The position numbers were made by a program, and so were the translations under genes. This document shows, piece after piece, positions 36,598 through 47,110 of a stretch of 64,000 nt of DNA. The notes below the pieces were generated by a model. That model was not told the origin of the DNA. It searched no databases and saw only the letters and a list, made by a program, of their open reading frames with translations. How positions within the stretch are numbered: position 1 is the first letter of the stretch; the number at the start of each line of letters is the position of its first letter. Source of the DNA: Podarcis cretensis (Eukaryota); assembly GCA_951804945.1 (NCBI GenBank), contig OX638149.1, positions 87,730,001 through 87,794,000 on the forward strand, in the 5' to 3' direction.

Positions 36598-38277
36598 TTT
36601 TAAAAAAAATATATTAAGTTTTTCACAATTAATATAAAAACAAAAAGAAAAGAAAAAAGACAAAAAGATAACAAAGATACAAAAATACAAAATTAAAACA
36701 TACAATTACCATTACTTATTTCCGTTAACTTATTTCTCAGACCTCCTCTCACCTCCCCTTCTTGTATTCCAATTTAAATTATCAATACAGCAGATCCTTA
36801 TATCCAAATTTAAACATCAGATACTTAAACATCATTACTCATTCTTCATCATTTTTCCTAAAGTCGACCAAAATTTCCCTTCCACGGCTTTCCCCAGTTC
36901 CAAACAAGTAACAAAGCAGGATAAAAATAAAACAAGTTATAGTTATATACCCTTTGGATTCCCAGACTCCACCCACCCCTTTCCCGGTTACCGTCTCCAA
37001 CAAGTGTTTATCAATTCAGTATCTTGTCTAGCCTGGAGATCTCACATCCAAGGCTTTTAAATCTCTTTCAGTTCCTCTCTGCCGGCCTTTTTGATAGTCC
37101 TTAACGTTAAACCCCAGATTTCGGAAAGGCTTCGGCCCATCAGGATCCATGTTTTTCCCAGCCAGCCCTCCATACTTAAAAAGAGAACCTATAAGGTACC
37201 CCGACATACTCCTTTCAAGTCCAAATGTCCCCAAAGCTCCAATTTCCGCCTTGATCAAATTTGTAATCCTTCTGTCTTCAGATCTCCACAAAAGGGTATC
37301 TCTCAGTTTCAGGCTCACCAATTCAGGCCAGGCTTTCCGCTTCAATTTGTTATTCTCCTTTATTGCTTTCATGTTAGACCACAAATTACAGCTCTCATTT
37401 GACATCTGGGAGGTTACAGCTCCTCCTTCCTTCTCTTCAGAAACAGCACATATCTCCTCTTCCATATTCTCAAAACATTCAAGTTTCCCTATTTGCTCAA
37501 TTGTATAAGCTCCATGCTCCAAGTCCTTATCAACTTCAACAACATTGTTTGCTGCTGAGACCAAAGTTGTAACACTTGTAGCCAAAACATCAATTTCCCC
37601 TTGTAATTTTCTCAAGAGAACAAATGTTCTTTCCAATTCAGTCTGAAGTCTCCCATCTCCAGCCATTGTTGTAATGTCCTAAACCCCCTCTAGGGGGATT
37701 TTAGTTTGTTAATGTTTTTCAGCTCAAGTCCAATAGCCAATTTATTGTAACAGTCCTTCCTTATTTTCAACAAATTGTAACAAGTATAACCAGCAGAAGC
37801 AACAGAAACAAAGTTCTCTTTTTCCTTCTGACAGCCAATTTGACAGCTGTCAAAGTCCTCAATACTTCATCAGCAGGCTCTCTCGCGGGACACTCCCGGG
37901 TCCGGGGTGTGTGTGAAACTTCAGCTCCCACAATTAATCTTTTATCCTCCGGTAAAATTTCTTATAATGTCAAAGCGTGAGGGTTAAAGTCTTTTAAAAA
38001 GGTCCTCTCGACCTTAGATCGCCGCAGGAGGAGCAGAGAACTCACAGCACCGCGCCGCACCCCGTCCCCGTTCCGAAGCCTTTAAAAAGGCTCCTTCACG
38101 GTTTGGGGGGCGCAAATGGTGCCCGCCGAGTTACCAGGTTCACAGGCATCCGCGCCTGTGATTTTTAAGGGTCTCCGCGTCGCCGCCGCGGACAAGACCC
38201 GATCCTGCAGAGCCGATTCCCTCCGGAGCTCGGAGGGAATCCGCCATTAAACGATGGCGCTAACCCGGAAGTCCCTC
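36598..38277 (-). mobile_element. Non-autonomous L1-type (HAL1-like) retroposon, 1680 bp, apparently full length
   Basis: Flanked by the 16-bp direct repeat CACAAATGTGTAGCTT (36582-36597 and 38278-38293). Minus-strand 5' end GAGGGACTTCCGGG...ATGGCG is CpG-rich. Single ORF, T-rich 3' UTR, short A tail, TT|AA target site. Confidence 0.85.
37028..37666 (-). CDS. 212-aa ORF of the retroposon; N-terminal coiled-coil-like segment, possibly ORF1p-derived
   Basis: Intact ORF with a strong Kozak context (ACAATGG), centred in the TSD-bounded element. Hydrophobic heptad pattern in LQTELERTFVLLRKLQGEIDVLATSVTTL. Confidence 0.55.
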   Translation of the reverse strand: MAGDGRLQTELERTFVLLRKLQGEIDVLATSVTTLVSAANNVVEVDKDLEHGAYTIEQIGKLECFENMEEEICAVSEEKEGGAVTSQMSNESCNLWSNMKAIKENNKLKRKAWPELVSLKLRDTLLWRSEDRRITNLIKAEIGALGTFGLERSMSGYLIGSLFKYGGLAGKNMDPDGPKPFRNLGFNVKDYQKGRQRGTERDLKALDVRSPG

Positions 38278-40757
38278 CACAAATGTGTAGCTTAAGCACT
38301 GGTGGTGGTTTCTTAAGACAGGAGGAGCATCTCCTTTCGGTTTTAGCTATGTGCTGGGACTCAGAAAAAGGTGTGCTAAGGTGGCTGCTTCTTGTTCCTC
38401 TCTGGTTTAGGGTCAGGTGGTTATCTGTGCTAATCCTCCTAGCATTCATACACACCCTAGAACACTCTCCAGTTCTTTACCCCTAAAGAAGACTATAATT
38501 TAGCCCAAGTGGTGCTTGGCTGTATAATTTTTGCTTTAAGTACTGCATCCTCAGTCAGTGCCTTCTCCCTGCTGCTGGAGAATTCTGCCTTTTCTCCACT
38601 TGTTATACTTTACTCCTAATCTGAATCTGGTACTGGATCCCAGTTTTGGGTACACTTTTCAGTTGTGTGCTTATGTCCGGAATGTGTTGGTGAACTTGCA
38701 CTTACAGCCAGCAAGGGCCATTTGCTGTCCTGATCCCTGGGCACTGATAGATGCATCTGTTGCTCTACTTGACTCCTGATACCTTGACACTTAGGAGCAT
38801 TTCCTGCCTGTACTCGGACACCACGTGCAGGAAGCTGCTAAATTCTGAGCCTTGAGGGTGAACTCAACAACTTTGGCTGCAAGAAATATATCTGTTTAAT
38901 GAAGGATAGGAGTCCTTTTGTCTCATTTTACACACACACAATCAGATGCTATGGACAGCATGAGGCATGCAAGTCCCCTGATGCATCACTGTGCAGTCTT
39001 CTATTTTTTCCATGTAGCAGTAATGATATTCCAAATGCCTGTATTTCTCACTATGGTGGTGAGATGTGCTTAGGTGGCTACTTGTGATATAAATGGCCAG
39101 AAAAAGGAAGGCATCATTCCTACAGTGCATCTCTCCAAATAGATTGCTTCTCCATTGGTCAGGGCAGTATTTATGAATCACACAGTCCTGGAAATCTCCT
39201 GGATACAACTGGATACAGCAGCTGTAATCTAGAATATAGATGCAGTGTGCATTTATTGTTAAAGTGGTTCAAGTCATTGCAGAGGGGTGTGAGATTCCCC
39301 AGAGCACACAACACCAAAGCAGCAGGGCACCTCTTTCTTACTACATCTATCATTTGCTTATCCTAAGTAACCTCAGTGACTAAGCTCTTAAGAGCAGAAA
39401 AGCTGGGAAACAGAGAGTTGGAAGCCAAGCCAGGCACACTGGATGTAGTTGTGCTTTCTCCTGGGGCCTTAGCAGTAGAAGCAGCAGCGCTCCTTGCATC
39501 ATGCCAGGGAATGAGTTGCTAGAAATCATTTCAGAGTCTGCCTTGCAGACAGCGACTTACCTTGCATTTCTGTCTTACTTCACTGGCTGTATTAACACAG
39601 GTATCTATCTTGGCGAGACCTTTATGGCATGATCCCCTGAATTAAAGCTTCTTTTCCCCTTGGCTTGTTATTTCCATCCCCTTCAGATTCATCATAACTT
39701 CTCTCCAGCTTGGCTCTTCTCTTAGCCAGCTTGGATGTCGCTGAGGTTGGGGAGATAGAAGTGGAGACGGCTTGCTTCTTCCAAGTTCATACTCTATATG
39801 TTCCTTGCTACTAGCTTCATCAGTTGACAGTTATCAACCTTCCCTGCAAAACTTTGTAAACAGAGGGGAAGGGTGTGTTGCACTAATCTCTATTGCAAAA
39901 CAGCCTTTTCTCCAAAAAGCCAACAGAAGACAGTCTAATCCTTTAGGAGACTTGAGTGTTGAATTTTTGTTTTAATTTCTTATGCCCTTTTTGCAAGCTA
40001 AGCCGGGCAGGTGCTGAGATCTTGGTGAGGCAGTGCATTAGCAAAAGGAGGGCAAGCCAGTTTCTAGTAAGGTAATAAAACAAGGGTAGAGGGAGAGTTG
40101 GCTTCCTACTGCTAACATCCTCAATATATGTTCAATTTTAACTTGGTTAAAACCTCTCTCCCTGTTTGCCTGGTACACAAAAATGAAGGCTTGCATTTTG
40201 AATCCTCTTTTAGGAACCAGCCTATGTGTCCTAGCCCTGCAGCCGGTTTTATTTCACTGTCTCCTACTGAAAACTGAGTGTCATGTCCCTTCTTTGGGCT
40301 CTGTAGGAGGTTGGTGCCTAATGTGTCCCTCTCAAATCTCATAGCGACAATCTTCTGTGAACTAGCCTGACTCCTAGGATTGTATTGAATGACCTAAAAG
40401 AGCTAGCTGTGTAGAAGTGTGAAAGTGGAGAGGCCTCTTCGAGTGTCCTAAAGAATTCTCCCAGCTGGCCGTCTCCCTGAGCCGCCTTATACTCTTGCCA
40501 CCACCACCCACCCTTCCTGACTTGAGTAATTACGAGCAAACAGGTGTTCAGCACTCCTCCAATGTGGTCTACACAGCTATCTCTGTTTCCTGGTATTAAC
40601 AGGCATTGCTGGTTCTCTCCTTCCCCCATGCCCCATCAGTATTTGAACCTTAGGTGGGTACTACTCTGCACAAAATGTCATGGATCGCTCAATGTAAATT
40701 GGTGGAACTCAAGAGATCTAGGGAAAAGGCATTGCATTTCTGGCCAAATATCACCCT

Positions 40758-40930
40758 TCAGCTCAGTGGTAGAGCATATGCATATGCTTTGCGTGCTCAA
40801 AATCCCAGGTTCCCAAATAAGGTGGAAAAGACTCATGGCTGAAACCTTGAAGAACCTCTGCCAAATCACCATAAACGGTGCTGAGGTAGATGGACCAATG
40901 GTCTGACTCAGTATAAGGTAACTTCCTATG
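40758..40930 (+). mobile_element. tRNA-derived SINE (Squam-type)
   Basis: GCTCAGTGGTAGAGCA A-box head and GATGGACCAATGGTCTGACTCAGTATAAGG tail. Relatives at about 53457-53615 (+), 6250-6372 (-) and 44430-44515. Confidence 0.65.
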
Positions 40931-43900
40931 TAGTGCTTTGTAATGAACTTATTTCCTTGTCCTGGTGGTTTTCCCCTAAAGCAAACTATTGCAGTAAATA
41001 GCAGCCTCATTGGTTGGTTTTATCTTGCTAAGGTGGATCCTCCAAGCAGTGTGCTATAGAGCTTGATACTGAGAGGAACAAAAAGATTGCTCTGGGATAG
41101 AGGAGAAGCCATCCCAGCACCTTCCACATTTCGGGATTTGAAGCTCGAGTAGCTGCTGTCTCAACTTGCTCAACACAACTATCTTCTTCAGATGGATTTA
41201 TTCTGCTCAGAGTGAAATGTCAGTGGTCAATTTATTGCTGCACAGAGGGCACTAGTAGTTGTTTGGGTCTTCTGAAGTGTGCATCGGAAAGATCCAGAGG
41301 ATATACATTTTCAAAAGGATGCCATGAGTCCAATTTAACTCACACTGCTAAATTAAAGATATTTTTTAAAAAAACAAAATAAAGGATTCAAGTGCAAGTA
41401 TGTGGTCATGACTGTCGTGATATAACTCGGGTGGCAGTAAAGGTAATGTTGGGTGCTTTAGGGATTTTTAAGTCTAGGTGAGCCCTGCTCTAAGCTGCCA
41501 CTAAGCAGGTTTGCTTATCTAAGAAATACCGTACAAGCAAATTTTCTCCAGGTTGGTATTTAGACTCTGGAAAGCCATGTGAGTTTCTGCTGTCAACACC
41601 AAATTCTTGAGAGAGGAAGAGGAGAACAAACATCAACCTCTGTAGAGTGATTGCCTCACTTCACCTAAATTTCTTATACAAGGCCCAATTATAGTGAATC
41701 TAATAAACTGACTGAGGTTAAAAAAAAAAGTGGGAAGAAAGTGTGGAGCAAATACACTGCTAGATAAACTTCCTAGAATCTGGCCCATTTTGCTATGGCT
41801 TAACACAAATGAGCAAATGGGCATGTTCCTGGAGAGAAGATTGTGGCCTTTTTCCTGCTCCTCGGGTCTTGGTGCCGCTGCACTGATTTGAGCTAACCTA
41901 CAGTTTGGCTTAGTGATGCATCCAAACCACAGCTTGTGGTTTATATTGCTCCAAACAGACCATGAGCTCTTGGCAATGTTCTGTGGCTTACCACTCATGG
42001 TTTGTCTGGAGTGAGAGGAACATCAAGCCCAGACACAGAAGTAATGCTAAGCCAAACTGTGGCTTAGCTCACAGCAGCTTGGCTGCAGTAGCAGCTATGG
42101 AGGAGTGCTACTCCATAGTTTGACTTAGCATGGCATGAAAACTGGGTCTGTCATAAATCATAGCTTTTCTGCTCTGCAAGCAAAGAAAACTGGTTTGATT
42201 TTTTTTTTGCTCAGCATGGGAGGTAGGAATAGCATATGTGTGCTATTCCAGGCAGATATGCAGTTGTAATATATCTGATTTGCTTAAGCTGCCATAATGT
42301 CATGTGGGCAAATCTAATTAATCTTTTATTGCCTAGCAAAAAACAACCACCTTACAGTCTTTCAGAGATATCCAAACAGAATCTGTAATTCACATAAAAC
42401 TATCCTGTCAATTAGATTCCTAATCTCTGGGATTTGTGGCCACACTTCCTTTAAAACAGCTACTTTAAAAGTTACAGACTCAGCAGTATTACTAAGCAAA
42501 TACGTAGATAAGTTTAAACAAGCCAACCAGCCACTTTAGCCAGGTATGTAGCCAGCAGTGCATCTCCTGGAAATATATACAAGGTGCAGTAGTTCATAAA
42601 ACACAGTTACACTGATGGATGTGTCCACTGGTTGAAGGCAGAGCTCCAAAAGCTGCTTCAGTGTTGAAGGTTTTTAAATCCAAGAGATAGTTTACTGGCA
42701 TATCTGGATAAATACGTGAGATTTTAGAAGAAGAATGTGAGGTTTGAGAAATCTGACAGCTCTCCAGAGTTTCTTGCTGCTTAATATGTCCAGCTAAGTT
42801 TCAAAATTGCCTTGGCTTTCAATAAACCTTGATTTCATATGAGCACTTTAGCAAAGCCACCATTATTCAGGATATTGTTGAAGTGCAGTAATCCATAACT
42901 ATCTTCCTACGGTCACCATACCTCTTATGCAGAGTTTGTGTAGAAGCAGTATATGCATTCCAGTCTTAAATATCATAACTCTACTATTATGGTTTGCTTT
43001 CTGTTTTGCTGCCACCCTATAAAACAAGGAGAAATTGCTCTGGTTTCAAAGAGTAGAGCAGCATTAATCAAGTCCTCCAGCTCCTTTATATCTTGAAATA
43101 GGAGTAATTGCTTTTGAGGTGGGCACCTTGAGGCAAGCAACTTGGTTTAGAGGCCTAGAACATCTCTAGCAATACATGTCAACTCAAAATTGAGTATTCT
43201 TCAAGACCGGACACTCTCAGGTAAGTGAGTATAAACTAAACGAAAGGTCTGTAAGTAATTTTTGCTGTTTGATGGCCACTAACCGATATACAAACTTTCC
43301 TAAGGACTACAGTGGATGTGTGCTTCAAGGGGGAACAGCCACAGTTGTCTTCAGTATCCAAAGGGTCCTTGGTGCAACATGAAATCTGTTTTGGCAGCCA
43401 ACAAAGTCTTCTCCAGCATCCACATCTCCTGCTGCCACCAAGCCTGTATTTTTGGTGTGTATGCTGATCTATGATCAGATCTCCCACAATGCTTTTTTTT
43501 TTTTAAGTTACATTTTATAATGAGGAAAAGGCTGCTCAACACACTGCCTGGTGTTATTTGTCCACAAAGGGCAAATTTTACCCCTTTTAAACTGGATATT
43601 GCATTTTGTTGCATCTTTTCTTGGTCACAATAAAGGTATTACCCTCCTGTTAGTTTTAATTTTTTGCTAGAGCACACACAGCTGCTATTCAGCTGCAAAG
43701 GAAATGCAGGCACCTCCACACTACTTTGCTTGCTCTGCAAAGTGTAAGGTTTTTAACTTTTATGTTTATATATTCCCTTTTGGAGCAAACGTTCCCCCTG
43801 CTAGGTTGAGAAAATCATCTTGATAAGAACAGGTTATCTATCCCCTGAAGTGTTGGGAGTTTTGACCAACCAGAGACACTGCCACAGCTGGCTTTCTGCT

Positions 43901-46039
43901 GGCAGTGGGCATCTGTAACCATTTCCTTTCTTGCCAAGAGCCAATAAGGCCTGTGTCGCTGAGTTCAGGCTACAAGTAGTGGAGATAAACTGAGAGAGGA
44001 GGGGCAGCAACCATTCTCTTTTTAGGAGCCTGACTCATTCTCCAGGAATTCTCCACAGCGGGGAGGAGAGGCCAATCCTAACTGGGTTATGTTTAGTATG
44101 TGTAGATGGGGAGGTGAAGACAGCAAGCACTTGCATCAAGATCAAGGCTCTGAGGCAGGACCAGAACTGCATGTAAAGATAAAAGGGGTGCCTGGTCATA
44201 GCTAGCCATAAGCAACAGGGGGAAACAACCTGCTTCAGGTGTCGCCAGAAGGGGGAACTGGCACTGGCCAAGACCAAGTTCTCCTTATTTACTGTTTGTT
44301 TTTAAAAATGTATATTATCCGGCTTTTATTCCATGAATCCAAAGGGGCAAACTGCAAACAAAAGTAGGCAAAATGATTGGGAGCAACAAGTACTGCCAAA
44401 TTCAAAACAAAACACCAGTAGTTTTACAGAGGGCTGGGAAATCCTGGAGAGCCACTGTCAACTACTGAGCTAGATGAACCAATGGTCTGACTTTGTGTAA
44501 GGCAGGTTCCTATGTTCTTATCAGAGTGCAGGAGGGGAAACCTGGGCCGTGAGTTTGAGCCCCACGTTGGACAAAAGATTCCTGCATTGCAGGGGTTGGA
44601 CTGGATGACCCTCGAGCGCCCTTCCAACTCTACAATTCAAGTCAGAAATTGTTCTCCCGCTCAAGTAAGTTTAAATTGTTTTAAAGGGGGACTAGATAAA
44701 TTCATGGAGGATAGATATGTGTATTGTACTAATGCTTCTGAAAGCCAATTGCTAGGGGCCACACAGGAGGAAAGTGCTATTGCACTCCTCTCGTGCTTGT
44801 ACCTTTCCTAGAGAGGCTTGAGGCTGGCTGCTGTAAACAACAACAACACAGGATGCTTGACTAGATGGACTCTTGGCCTAATCCAGCCAGGCTCTAGTTA
44901 TGTTACTATGAACATCTATCTTCATGCTGCTCTATAAACTAATAAGCTGTTTCATGCTGCCTTTATTGGGCAACCAAGCTGTATGCTAGTCCACATATAA
45001 ATTGTAAGGACTTTTAATTGCGGAGATCGGGTATAGTCAATTTTAGTGCTTCCAATCCCTGCAGCTAATCCCAGGGAAGGTCAATTTGCAGCCCATGGGT
45101 CACATCTGGCTTCTATCCAAACAGTCTTATCTCTACTGGTCTTGCTAAATTTTAATCAAGGTATGATAAACATTGTGCGCACAGAGAAAATGTGTTTTAA
45201 ATGAATGTGATGATGTCACATTTCACTGTTCTCTCCCTTCCTTTCCCAGGCTTCCTATGTTATGTCTTGCTTTACGTGCTGTGGGGGTAGCCAATGTGGT
45301 GCCTTCCAGATGTTCTGGACTTACAACCCTTAATGGAACAAGTCAACACATGGTCTAAAATTATCTTGTAATGCATTTTCTACGATTCCAACTGAAGTTG
45401 TAATTGTGTGCACACTTTTACATTTTCTCCTGCCATTTCAGGTAACATACCTATCAAGCACTACTGAATCACAAGCTGCTTTGCTCCACAGAGATTCATG
45501 AGGGCTGCAAAGCAACTACATTGCTTCAGATAAATGAGTTGGCTAGGTGAACATCCAGGAACAAGTGGCCTATTTTAAAAGTGTTATCATGGCCCAAACC
45601 ATTTTGGAAATATATGAGCTCCTTTTCTCCAGATGCTTTTGTAAAGACAAACTTTACTAGCATTTTTAAAAAGAACACTGGGAATATTATGTTGCTGCTA
45701 GAACATGGGAAGGGGATGAGTTTGTGGGTAAAAGGATATGAGGGACTGGTGGGGAAAAGGCTGGAGGATTCATCCATTAAAATTACAATTTTACACTTAT
45801 ATCCTGGATACTACAATAGGGTTGTTTTTTTTGTTTGTTTTTTAATGCAACAGATGGAAGTTGCATTGCTTTCCAATCAGTACTCCTTGCGGGTGGGAGT
45901 GACTTCGCCAACTCAATGTCTGCCTACCTCTCAACTTTTAAAGGCATAGGGGCCTTCTGAAAGAAAGAAGCCCGCTGCAAGCGGGAACAGTCTCTGCCCT
46001 GGGGAGCCAGGGTATAGTGTCCCCATTGCACCAGGGACT

Positions 46040-47110
46040 GTACCTCTGGAACAGCTCCTCTCGGCCTCGGCCGATCACTGGCGTTTCACTCCTTTGCTTC
46101 TTCCTCCCGGGAGGGGCTCCCCCCCCCCCCGAATAGCCTCCATCATCTCCTCTCCTCGCCCCACCTCCCACCCCGCGAGACCGTGTCCCACCGCGCACAG
46201 GCTTCTGTGCCCCGACTTCCTCCCTTCGCACATTCCGTGATTTATTTACAGCCGGAGAGCGAGTCGCTCTCTCTCCCCCCTCCCCCCCCCCCGCCCTCCA
46301 GGGCAAACAGGAGGCTTCGCCCGAAGCTTCCCGAGCGAGAGGCCGCGGAGCCCGCTTTCCTCGCCGCATCCCTCGCCCCAGCACCCCTCGGCGCCTGGGA
46401 GAGCCCCGCTCTCGGCCTGCCCTGCTCTCGGGAGGCGGCCGCGCGCTGCCCTGAGTCCCCCGGGAGGCGGCGGGAAGGCCCTTCTTCGCACAGCGCGGCA
46501 GGCGGTGGCCCCTCCTGGCGCCGCGCGCACCCGGGGGTTGCTGCCAGGCCCGCCGCCTTCCTGACACGGACTGGCTCCCCGGCCAGGTGCCCGAAAATAG
46601 CAGCTGCCTCGGCATGGAGCGGGCGGCGGCGGCGGCGGCACCGGCCTCGGAGCAGGTAAGCCCGGCGGAGAGAGCTCCCCGAGAAAGGGCTTCGCGGCGG
46701 GTGCCTTTCTGCCGGCCAGGCCGGGCCCGGGGAGCACGGACGGAGGGCACTTCCTGGCGCAACAACGCCGCGACCACTTCCTGCTTTCGCTTGCCGGGGG
46801 CGTGGGGCTAGCGGGGCTTACCTGAGCCCCGGAACCTGCTCCCCAAGCTCAGTGGACACCTTTGAGTGTCAAGAACGGAGCTTTCGAGCACGTGCGGAGC
46901 GCCGCCTGCCCCTCTGCGTTTTCTCTCCCACACCTTCGGGTGCGATTCCTTGGCCCGTAACAATTTCGCGTTTAGAAATTGAACTCGGTGCTCCGACTCG
47001 TCTCCTGCCCATTTAAATAAATCTTATGCATTAATGCGATCCGCGCAAGTGTTCGGGTGAACAAAAACAAAAGCTCTGAAGACAGAGAAACGCACGCGCG
47101 TTGTGTTTTT
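46040..47110 (+). promoter_or_regulatory. CpG island, PRKAG3 promoter and first exon
   Basis: Very high GC and CpG density with GC boxes; contains the ATG exon and a CAG|GTAAGC donor. Confidence 0.8.
46614..46655 (+). CDS. PRKAG3: PRKAG3 coding exon 1 ([14 protein letters not shown])
   Basis: GGCATGG Kozak start inside the CpG island, CAG|GTAAG donor. Confidence 0.75.

Noticed and set aside
40758-40830. tRNA-like A/B boxes here, at 53457 and in the Sauria SINE heads
   Set aside because: Degenerate SINE heads that cannot form a cloverleaf; not tRNA genes
38300-45900. Search for CYP27A1 or other coding exons between TTLL4 and PRKAG3, and after 58.3 kb
   Set aside because: No P450 or other recognisable motifs in the ORF track or by eye; small diverged exons cannot be excluded without TBLASTN
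45938-46811. Long overlapping ORFs (279, 163 and 158 aa) in the PRKAG3 CpG island
   Set aside because: Low-complexity Arg/Gly/Pro/Ala frames are expected in stop-poor GC-rich DNA; only the 14-codon ATG exon fits a gene model
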